In this document: piece by piece, positions 21,901 through 31,650 of the stretch
How positions within the stretch are numbered: position 1 is the first letter of the stretch
Layout of the letters: each line of letters opens with the position of its first letter
Notes under the pieces: model-generated
Seen by the model: the letters and a program-made list of their open reading frames with translations, nothing else
Told to the model about the DNA's origin: nothing
Databases searched by the model: none
Assembly (NCBI GenBank): GCA_000388065.2
Contig: KB932203.1
Reading direction: 5' to 3' (one strand)
DNA from: Fonticula alba ATCC 38817
Taxonomy: Eukaryota; Protista; Nucleariida
Length of the DNA stretch: 40,322 nucleotides
Program-made: the position numbers and the translations under genes

Positions 21901-23746
21901 CCCTGGCATCGGACTGCCTCGAATGGTCTGGCCTCTCGCCTGGCACTCGCCTGGGTATGTTCCCCCCTGTGACGTTGGCTGGCTTCCCGCTCGCGCCCTG
22001 ACCAGCCGGCTGTTCGCCCCGACGTGCTTCTTTTTTCCTTTCGCCCGCGCGGCCACAGCCATCGGCCTTGGGCTTGGGCTTGGGCTGCTGCTGCTGCTGC
22101 TGGTCCTTCTGGGCGTGGGTTTGGCACTGGTGTTCTTCCTCCGGCGGCGACGCAATGTCAAGGGCCAGGTACGATGCGCTCGCGGGACGCGCCGGGGCGT
22201 GGGACGTCCTCCCCTCTTCTCTGGACTGACCGGTCGCTGGCCCGCATCGCGCGGCCCACCTGCTTCCTCGTGTCCTCTCCCCCGGCCCCAGGCCGAGGAC
22301 GATGCCGGTGCGCCACTGCCTCTTCGCCTTGCGCACACCTCCCTGCCTGTGCCCATACAGCCCCGCCGGCCGTGCTGACGCCCCCCCCCCCCCCCCCTCT
22401 TCCCCTGGCCACCACCATCGCACGTGCGCCCGCCCGCCCGCCCGCCCGTCTGGATACACCCCCCCCCCTTGCCGAAGATGCCACGGTTCTCAATACGATT
22501 GTCGGTGCGTCGAACGACAGAAGCCCCCCTGGACGCCGTCGCCATTGCGCCATCCTGACCGCCGCCCGCCTGTCGAGCCAGAGCTCTCCCTCCCGGGCTC
22601 GATCCTGGTGAGCCTGGAAACGGACTTCATGCCGGTGGACGGCCACAGCGACCTCGGCACCGGGACCCAGGCGGCGGTGTACGCGGCGCGGGCCATCGGC
22701 GCCGGGACCGCCGACCGCCTGGGCTGCCCGCCGACCGTGGCCATCAAGCGCCTGAAGGAGGGCGCCGCGCGCAGCACCACCCAGATGGCCCTCTTCCAGA
22801 ATGAGGTGGCCCTGATGTGGCTGCTGCGCGATGTGCCGAATGTCGTGCGGCTGTACGGGTACAGCGATGCCCCGCCGGCCATCGCGATGGAGCGCTATCA
22901 GACGGACCTGTCGACGCTCCTCCATTCGGAGATCCCCCTCGGCACGGGGGCGCTTCTGCACATCATCCACGAGTGGGGTACGCTGGCGCGGCTTGCCGGC
23001 CCGGAGCTTCTCGGCCGGCTGCCCCCGGGGCTTGGCACTCTTCTTTTTTCTTTTTTTTTTCCCTTTTTGGCTCCCCACCCCCCGGCGCAAGTGCCCGCAC
23101 TCACCGCCTCCCGGCGTCAGCATGCGGCCTGGAGGCCATGCACGCGCAGGGCATTGCCCACTGCGACTTGAAGCCGGGCAATGTGTTTGTCACGCGGCGC
23201 GCGGATGGCGCCTGGCATGCGGCCCTCGGCGACCTGGGGACCAGCCGTAACCTCTCCGAGCGGCGGTCCAACGCCCTGACCGCCGCGCCGCCGGCGCTCA
23301 ATGCCCTGACCGCACGCTACGCTTCCCCCGAGGTGCGATCTGGCCCGCGCCCCGCGCCCCGCGCCGTCGGCCNNNNNNNNNNNNNNNNNNNNNNNNNNNN
23401 NNNNNNNNNNNNNNNNNNNNNNNNNNNNNNNNNNNNNNNNNNNNNNNNNNNNNNNNNNNNNNNNNNNNNNNNNNNNNCCCCCCCCCCCCGCCCCGATGCG
23501 TCCGCTCGGGCGCCACGGCTTGCAGGCGAGACATTCGACCAAATCATCTCGCTCGTGCTGTCCGGCACCCGGCCACCCATCGAGCAGGCCACCGCGTCGC
23601 ATGCGGCCGCCTTGGCGGCCATCCAGCCGGTCATCGACCTGCTCTGGCTCCTGTGGAGCTCCAACGCCGACAGCCGCCCGATGGTCGCCGTCCTCCGGCA
23701 GAAGGTGTCCATGGCTTTGCAGATGGCCGGCGGCCCGGGCGCCTGA
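15929..23746 (+). CDS. Receptor kinase B: paralogue of A with the same architecture; one kinase exon is probably hidden in the gap at 23373-23477
   Basis: Start MSHPPQRRRRAARPPGAALPPGYLLQFLALLAALFLPAAP (signal peptide). Exons 15929-about 17342, 17701-21954, TM exon 22059-22168, micro-exons 22292-22307 and 22478-22504, 22582-22977, 23121-23332, last exon about 23527-23746. Kinase motifs GTGTQAAVY, VAIK, HCDLKPGN, DLG, RYASPE. Confidence 0.93.
20771..21873. repeat. Arm 2 of the inverted repeat; coding stalk of kinase B
   Basis: As above. Identity also covers about 20148-20257 versus 9141-9250, up to the gap in A. Confidence 0.95.
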
Positions 23747-23901
23747 GGAGCGTCGCCGGCCGGCGGGCAGCCCCGTTCGCCCGGCCGCCATGCGCGGCAA
23801 CGGGGCCCCCGCTGGGAATGGAAATAGATAGCCCACGACTCACAAGCCCCGCAAGATGGCTCAGACCGATATGGCGGCGGCGGTGGCAGCGGCGGCGACG
23901 G

Positions 23902-24172
23902 TGATTCATCGCTGCCCTGGCCCCCCGCCGAAGGACCAGGCGAGGCCGGCGGGTGAATCATATCACGCAGGGCGCCAGGTGGCCGACGCCGGCGGGTGAA
24001 TCATCCAGCGGGCGGAATGATTCACCGCAGTCGTCCGCCGGCGGGTCGGCCGCGGTGGCTCACAAATGATTCATTGTTCCCACACTCTCGGGCGAGCACA
24101 GGCAGGGGGGAGGGCGCACAATCCGGCCAATTGTGGGGCACGGCGGCCGGCGTAACTCAGATGGCTGAGTTA
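23902..24172. promoter_or_regulatory. Candidate enhancer-like cluster: five RTGAWTCAY sites plus a perfect TAACTCAG-N4-CTGAGTTA dyad
   Basis: TGAWTCA cores at 23902, 23954, 23997, 24018 and 24067; dyad at 24153-24172. Function is inferred from resemblance to bZIP AP-1/Gcn4 sites. Confidence 0.45.
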
Positions 24173-25893
24173 ATCACGCGGGGTGGTGTTGTGGGCTCGA
24201 TGGAGCACGCTTCACCCACAGGGTCGCGGCTGGACCCGGCGTTTGGGCTGCGCCCCGTGCCCCGCCGGCACCGTTGCTTCCCCTGTCACCCGGCCGGCTG
24301 GCCGTCCGGCCGTCCGGCCTCTGCCGGTCCTGCCCCCCCCGGGCGCTGGCGCTCCGCGCGCGCATTCGGGCATTTTGTTGCGCTCGCCGCCTCGGGCCCG
24401 TGCGCATGTAAAATGTGCATGCAGGCAACTGTGCACTTCTCCCTGCGCCAGGCAGCCGTGCTTGCATGCGCATGCCCGAGTGAGTCGGGGCAGGATGAGG
24501 GGGGGGACGAACGGGAGAGGGTGCGCCAGCCCCAGGCAAGCTGGAGGCTGTTCGGGTGGACATGGCATTTACCTCCCACCGGTCGGCGTGGGCCACTCCG
24601 GCATGGGTGCATTTTTCGCCCGGGGCGCGCGCTCGGCCCGCCCCCAATTGCCTTGACGCCGGTGCCGCAGCATGCCCATCATCCACCGGGGAGGGGGGGG
24701 CGGCGGGGGCGAGAGCTGTCTGGCAGGTGAGCTCAAAACCCCGGGCGGGTGCGCTGCCCCTCGGTACTTCCTTCCCCCCGAGAGCATTGGGCGTTTCTCC
24801 GGGTCCCCTGTGGCAGGATGGCTGCAAGCCGTCGGCCAGCGCCAAACCCGGGGGGGTAGGTCGAAACGATGGTCTGCGTAGCGCCGAGGCGCAGGCAGAG
24901 CGCGCAGTCATTGGGTACCGCTCTTTGGGGTCTTCCCGCCGCCGGGAGCTGCTCCATGGCCTCTACCGCGTCGCTGAGGCGCCGAGGACCATCTCGCGCG
25001 GGCCGAGGGGCTGGTGGCCGGGGCCTGTATGCGCCGGCGTGCGGGGCGTCGGTCATCGCGTCGCCGGGACCGCCGGCCACCGTGCGGGCGCCCGCGCGCC
25101 GAGCCTGCCCCCCCCTCCGGACGCCGGGGGCCCCGCCTCACGGGGGCCGGGCGAGTTAAAGATCCCCGCCGGCGGGGGGAGGGGGGCGGTTTGGTGGCGG
25201 AAAGGCCGATTGCTATTGCGCGCACGTTTGCATGCGTGTGTGGGTGTGCGCGCGCGCGCGCGCCTGCATGAGAGAGGGAGAGAGATAGATGGGACATGCG
25301 ACCGCGCGTGACGCCCCGTTGGCGTCCGGCGAGGGCCCCTTGCCTGCTCCGGCGCAGCATCCGCGACCCATGTGGCGATCTGGGCCCGGGCCCGGGCGCG
25401 TGGGTTGCGCTCATCCTCGCTGCTGTGGCATCCTGTGGATGGGGATCTGCGGGGCTGCGCAGGCCTGCTTCCCAGGGGCAGGCGTACGGGGAGCGGTGTA
25501 TGAGCACGGGGGCGCGGGGGGGGGGNNNNNNNNNNNNNNNNNNNNNNNNNNNNNNNNNNNNNNNNGGGGATTCACGCACGGGCTTGGGGGCGCTCGTTGG
25601 CTCCTCGCCGCGGTCCCACGGCCAGGGGACTGCTCGCGGACGGCAGAGAGGCCAGCCCCCGGGCGCCCCGGGGACGCCCCGGGTGGCGTGCACTCTGTCG
25701 GGAGCTGATGGCACACATTTATGTCCCCCACCTTGCGCAAGGGCGCACCCAGGCGCCCTCGGCATCCACCATCCAGCAGCCACACACACACACACACACA
25801 CCCTCTCCCCTCTCCCTCCTCCTGCCGTGTTTGTGCCCCCCACACCTTCTGGATACACCGCGCTTGCCCCTCCCCTCCTCTCCCCTTCGCCGT

Positions 25894-25929
<36 letters not shown>

Positions 25930-26065
25930 CACACTCACACCCTCGGGCATCCTGCTCTCGCGGACCACCTCCAGTACCCAGCATCGAGGACCCCCTGCGC
26001 CTCGGCCGCCGCTCCTTCCCCACCGCTACGCCCCCTCTCGCGTGCGCGCGCGCGTGCTCCCAGCC

Positions 26066-29000
26066 ATGTCCACTGCCACTGGGCATGCCGTCTATGGCGG
26101 CGGCACCGGGGCCTCCTCAGCCGCCTCCTCCCGGCACCAGCTCCCCTACCGCCCGGGTCTGCCGACGTTCCAGGGCTCTTCGCCCTTCATGCACAACGAG
26201 GACCCGGAGGACGGACGCCAATCGGCCACCGGGTCGCCGGAGTCCCAGCGCCACGCCGGAAGCCAGAAGTTCGCCGACCCGGCGGACTTCGGCGCCGCAC
26301 CCCCAGTCCTCCACTCGGGTACGGCCCTATGCCCGCCCTTCTCTCCCCGCCCCCCCGCCCCCCCCCCCACACACACACACCCTGTCCAACTCGATGCTGC
26401 CAACACAGCACCGGGGCGGGCCGGGGCCGCGCGGCGCCGGCGCGCACTCCCACGCGGGCGGGCGCCCCCTCAGCCCGTGCCAATGGACTAACCGCCATCG
26501 CGCCAAGGCCTCTCCAGCGGCTGGACCATGGAAAAGGACCCCTCCGGTCGGAGGTACTTCAGCAGGTGCGCACACACGCCGCGGCGCCATCGACTCCGTC
26601 ACATTCCGCGGCCACACCCGACCTGCCAGCCGAGCCTGACCATCGCCGAATGCCCCGGTGGGCCGGCGCTCGCACCCTGCGGCCGGCCGCCCGGCCGCCC
26701 GGCACAACATCCAGCTCCTCGCTCCAGTCGACCTCCTGGTTTGACCCGCGCATTCCGCTCGAGCGGTACTCGTCTTTTGGTATGCCCCCGGGCCCGGCGC
26801 AGTGGCATCGGGTGTTCCCCCGCACCCAGATGCCCTGCGGCCCCTGGCAAAAGTGCCGCACATACACACACACACACACACATCATGCTGACTCGGCCGT
26901 GCCCCCTCCGACGCCAGATAACCCCCCGGCCCCGGCCTTTGTCCGGACTGCCAAGTACATCCTGCGCGACTCGCGTCAGTATGGCTGTGCGTGCGAAGAG
27001 GACACTGCTGCGCCCTCGCCCACGCCCGCGCCCGCCCCCCGCCCCCCCTCGCCATTACCATCCCCCCGGTACCTGACCATGCCCACGCCGCCGCGTGCCA
27101 CACCTCCCACCCCGGCCCCGGCCCACCTCCGTGCCGCCGCGCACTTGCTGCCACAGTCTCCTTCCTTGACGGCGATCGCCTGGTGCGCAGCGCGCGCGCC
27201 TACCGGAAGGAGACCTCCGGCGCGCGCATGCGCAAGGGTGACCTCGAGAAGATGGTCCGCCAGGCGATGCGCTCCGCCCGGGACTGGGTGGCCCAGGGCC
27301 TGCAGGAGAGCCCCTACGCCAAGCCCACCCCGCCGGCCGACCCGGCGAGCGTCACCGACGCCGCTGTCTCCGAGAAGGACACCGAGCTGAATGCCGCGGC
27401 CGGGCGCGTCACCGATCGCGTGTTCTCCCTCCTGGACCTGTGCGTGGGTCTTGCCTCTCGAGGACCGGTCCCCGGGCGGGGGACTTTGCGCAAGCCCCTG
27501 TGACTGACCGGGACACCCCCCCGCCCCCTCCTCCTTCCCCGCTTCCCCGCTTCCCCGCTTCCCCGCTTCCCCGGACCCACTCGCCCCAGGGAGTATCAGC
27601 AACATTGCGAGCTGCGAAGCGGCCTGATCGCGCTGGCCTTCATGAGTCGCATCCGCTTCCGCAAGAAGCTGGAAGGTGCGTGTACATGCAGACACACACG
27701 CACACACAGACGCATATATGGGCCTTGTTCATGCCTCGGATGGCAGGGGCTGTGCGCCCCCCCCCCCCCTCAAGACGCGGCGGGGGAGGCAAACGGCAGG
27801 CCGAGCACACAGGCACACACAATGCCGACACCCCCCCCCCCCCCGGCGGCCGGATGATTGACACCTCCCTCCTTCACCACACATGGGGACTCGCACGCGC
27901 CCACGCCTACATCCAGTGGTCGCCGACACGCTCGACACCACGGGCAAGCGCATGCTCACCGTCGACCACATCACCTTCCTGCTGGAAACCCTGCATCAGG
28001 TACGCCGACGAGGGGTGCCCCTCACAATGTGCCGTCCACATGAGCGCCACCCCCACTGACACGCGCATTGCCTGGTCCCGGCCTCGCCCACGCTCCCGAT
28101 TCCGATCCGCTCCCCCTCTGCCTGCCGAATGCCGCGCAGCTGATCGAGCACCCGGACTACCGGTATCGCCTGCTGATGCCGGGCCAGGCCAAAGTCCAGG
28201 CGAAGGTTCGTGGCCCTGGACACCGGCGCCCGCCTTGCGAGGAGCTGCCAAACGCTAATGCCCCCCCCCCTCTCTCCCACCGTGCCATGCTCTCCCGGGC
28301 CGCGGCTTCGGTCCGGGCTCGCCCACCCACAGCGCCTTCTTTTGGTGGCGGCCACCGGCAATCCCAACGCCGCCGACCAGCCGGCCGTCGACCAGAGCGG
28401 GTCCATCATCCTCGGCCGGCGCGCTGGCGACCCGGAGGAGGTGTCGGCCACCCAGCTGGCGGACTACATCATTGGCGGAGTGGAGCACCTCCGGAAGATG
28501 GCCAAGAGCCGGAGCCGCAAGCGCGACAAGAACCTGCCCGACAACTTGGTCGAGGAGTTCGAGCTGGAGCTGCCCGATCCGCCGGGGCTGCCGCCCATCC
28601 TGCGGGCCTTCCGCATGATGGAGCGCATTGACGCGGCGGAGCGGGGTGCGTGCTCGACACACGACGGGCGGCCTGGCTGTGGCGGTGCACCGCCCCCCTT
28701 CTGCCACCGCTCCGGCATGGAGAGCGATGACGTGAGGGAGGAAGGGCACCGGGGCGCCACGCAGGGCAGAGGGGGGCGGGGGGGGGGCCACCTTCTGCTT
28801 CTCCTGGGCGCAGGGACTTTCGCCGACATTTGGGTCCCATCTTGGAGACGCACATGCAGCTATTCACACACACGAACACACACACACACACATACATGCA
28901 TACATATACATCGCTCGTAGTTACCCACGAGGGAACCATCTGCGCCGCCTGCAGTGCCAGCCCCATCCAGGGGCTTCTGTATGAACTGGCAAAGCCCCAT

Positions 29001-30927
29001 AGCTTGTCGCCGCCGAGCTCGCGCGGGGCTTCGCACGACGGCACTTCGCCGGCGCCCGGCTCGTCGGCCGGGCCGGCCACCGATTCCAAGCGCAAGTTGA
29101 GCTTGCGCTTTGGCGGGGGCAGGAGCCGGTCCACCGGCGACCAGGCCGCGGCCCCCGGTGGCGGCACGGCGGCCACCGGCCCCGGGGCTGCCGGCGACAA
29201 GGCCCCCGAGAGCCGCACCGTGTCGGCCGGCCAGGCAGTCGAGACCACGGGCACGGATTTGTGCGCGGACTGCTTCTGGGCCGGGCGCGGGCCCGCCACT
29301 CTAACTCCGGCCGCCGGGGCCGGCGCCGGGGCCACCCCGCCCTCGCCCTGGCTTCTCGGGACCCTGTCGCCCTTCTCCCGGCCGCTGGATGCCGACGACG
29401 CCTCGGGGTCCGGCGCCAAGACCGCCGCCACGCTGCCGCCGCCCCTCAGCCCGGGCCTGGTGGCGGTGGAGCGCGCGCGCTCGGTCACCCGTCGCCGCTC
29501 GGCCGGTCCCAGTCCCCTGTCCCAACAGGCCGGTGCCGCTGACGCCGCGGCCGATGCCGCCAAGAAGGCCGACAAGAAGAAGTCCGGCATGCGGGGACTA
29601 TTCCGGTGCGTCCCCGGGGGGAGAGGGAGAGCGTCCCGCTGCCCGCATCGAGCCCGCCAAACAGGGCTGGCCATGCAGCAGCGGGGACGGGCAGCACACC
29701 TCGCGGCGAGGAGGGAGCCAGAAGGGGCGCGCAGGAGCAGGCCGAGAGAGGCCCTCACCGCGAGCGGGGTGACGCCCGGCCTAGGATACATGGCATGGGG
29801 GGTGCCAGGGGGGAGGGCCGCCATACGGGCGCAAACAACACACTTCGCCGACGGCCACTGACAGCCAGACCATGCTGTGCCCACACGTGTGCGGGGCACC
29901 CGCCGCCGCGACCGGTCGTGTCGCGCACAGGCGCATCAGCAGCGGCCCGCTGGCCGGCGGATCCGGCACCCGCCGCGACGCCCCGGCCGCCGGGCAGCAG
30001 CCCCCCGCCGCGCACCACCACCCCGCCCTGTCGGAGGAGCACCAGGCCATTGCCCGGTCGCTCAGTCGCGAGGAGACCGCCGTGACGGATCTCCACCAGC
30101 AGCAACGGCAGTTCCACGAGACGGTTGGTGTGCAGCCGCTTTCCCCGGGCGGGGTGGCCTCCTACTCGCCGGAGGACGACCACGACGACGAGGAGGAGGA
30201 CGGCCATGACAACGAGAGCCACCACCATGGCCACCGTCACCATGACGAGCATTCCGACGGCTACGACAGCTACGACAGCTACGACAGCTACTACTCCGAC
30301 GAGGAGGAGGACGAGGACGAGGAGGAGGATGAGGAGTATTCCGACGAGGAGAACGCCCGGGTCGGCACGATCCCGAGCCGCCACCACCACCACCTGCAGC
30401 AGCAGCAGCAGCACGGGCGGTACGCCCATGGCGCGGGGCATGTGGCCTCGGCTGCCGGGGCTGCGGCCGTGCGCACATCGGTCGCTGCTCCTGCCGCGTC
30501 GCGCGGCCGCACCGGCGGACACCCGCATGATGATGGCCATCACAGCCACGACGACGGGTCGTACTCGGACGAGCCCGAGGAGGAGGATGACTATGACAAT
30601 GAGGAGGAGGAGGAGGAGGAGGAAGACCATGGGGGCCATCTCCATGAGGCCCACCAGCGTCAGCACCACCGGCACCTCAAGGTGGCACCCTCGACGCGCA
30701 TGAGCCACTCCCAACATCATGGTCATCATCATGGTGAGGATGGCCGCCGGCATGAGAGCGATTTCAGCGCCAGCAATGATGAGCATGATGATGAGCATGA
30801 TGAGGAGGAGGATGAGGACCACAGCGACGTGGAGTACGGCCAGGGAGCTGGCGGCTCGGCTAATGTGGCTCGCCCGGCGGTGGCCGCCATGCACCACCAC
30901 CATCGCCACCCCCCGCGCCAGCAGGCC

Positions 30928-30958
<31 letters not shown>

Positions 30959-31089
30959 GTCACTCGCAGGATAGCTTCTACTCTGACGAGGAAGATGACC
31001 AGGAAACCGACACCGAGTCGGTGTACCATGACGCGTCGGAGTCCGCTTCGGATATCGACAGCCCGGTGGTGCGTTCGGTTCGTGCGTGA
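26066..31089 (+). CDS. Short dystrophin/utrophin-like protein: WW, dystrophin-type EF-hand region, ZZ finger, His/Asp/Glu-rich tail
   Basis: Exons 26066-26318, 26508-26565, 26715-26779, 26918-26974, 27157-27439, 27590-27675, 27917-27999, 28140-28205, 28333-28645, 28921-29605, 29931-31089. All ten introns are GT..AG with matching phases. WW: LSSGWTMEKDPSGRRYFSSSSLQSTSWFDPR. Further colinear segments: AFVRTAKYILR, FSLLDLEYQQHCELRSGLIALAF, DTTGKRMLTVDHITFLLETLHQ, EVSATQLADYI, RIDAAERVTHEGTICAACSASPIQGLLY...[11 protein letters not shown]. The start codon and last-exon end are less certain. Confidence 0.82.
27533..27572. repeat. Intronic 8-bp minisatellite (CTTCCCCG)n, about 5 copies
   Basis: Read directly from the sequence. 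Confidence 0.9.
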
Positions 31090-31560
31090 ATGTGCAATCC
31101 CGAGCACCGTGTACCGCACGACGACCGGAGCGCATATCCCCGAGGCCCCGAGAGGGGGGGACGCGCGCGGAAACGCGGCATGCCATCGGAAAGCCCGCCG
31201 GGAAGATCCCATGTGGTGTGCAGAGTGCGAGCTGCTCCCGCTGCCGTTGCTGGGGGGAGGGTCTATGCCCTTTTTTAAGGACCGAGGGATGGTGAGCATG
31301 CCGAGATGCGGATACTCACACAGACACACGGGCAGATGCATGTCTGTGTGTGTGTGTGTTTGTGTGTGTTTGTGCGCATGCGCAGACGGGCACATAATGT
31401 ACTGTAGGATAGACAGGTGCCACGCTCTTTGGGCAGAACGGGGAGGGGGGGGGGGGGGGAGGGGGAACAGGAGGCGCCTACCTAGATCAAGGAGCCGGAT
31501 CTCAAGCAGGAGGAGAGCGTGGTGGGAGAGGGGGCGGCGGAAGGGCCTGCCTGATCCGCC

Positions 31561-31562
31561 CG

Positions 31563-31593
<31 letters not shown>
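31561..31593. repeat. (CGTG)n tetranucleotide microsatellite between convergent genes
   Basis: Read directly from the sequence. Confidence 0.9.
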
Positions 31594-31594
<1 letters not shown>

Positions 31595-31650
31595 GGTGTA
31601 GGTGGCTTTGGTATGTATTTCGTGCGGGGAAGGAGGGCACGGCCGATGTC

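Noticed and set aside
22582-23332. Receptor tyrosine kinase, suggested by the EGFR-like furin repeats
   Set aside because: The catalytic loop is HCDLKPGN (Ser/Thr type), not HRDLAARN or HRDLRAAN.
22059-23746. Neighbouring kinases as the PPxY ligand of the dystrophin-like WW domain
   Set aside because: No PPxY found in the visible cytoplasmic regions of A or B, though one exon of B is in a gap. Adjacency alone is not evidence.
23995-24026. Hairpin as a terminator, tRNA or structured ncRNA
   Set aside because: Eukaryotic context, no U-tract and no cloverleaf. Better explained as two oppositely oriented copies of the motif.
24200-26065. Upstream exons encoding actin-binding or spectrin domains for the dystrophin-like gene
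   Set aside because: No such sequence recognisable in any frame. A 40-N gap and an AG just before the ATG leave a short 5' exon possible.
28995-29255. ZZ insert as an unspliced intron
   Set aside because: No donor matching the local consensus, no stops, and none of the microsatellite or poly-C character of true introns here. Treated as coding pending RNA data.
29755-31395. 546-aa minus-strand ORF with Val/Leu/Ile/Met-rich hydrophobic stretches resembling a membrane protein
   Set aside because: It is the reverse complement of the His/Asp/Glu codon runs of the dystrophin-like tail.
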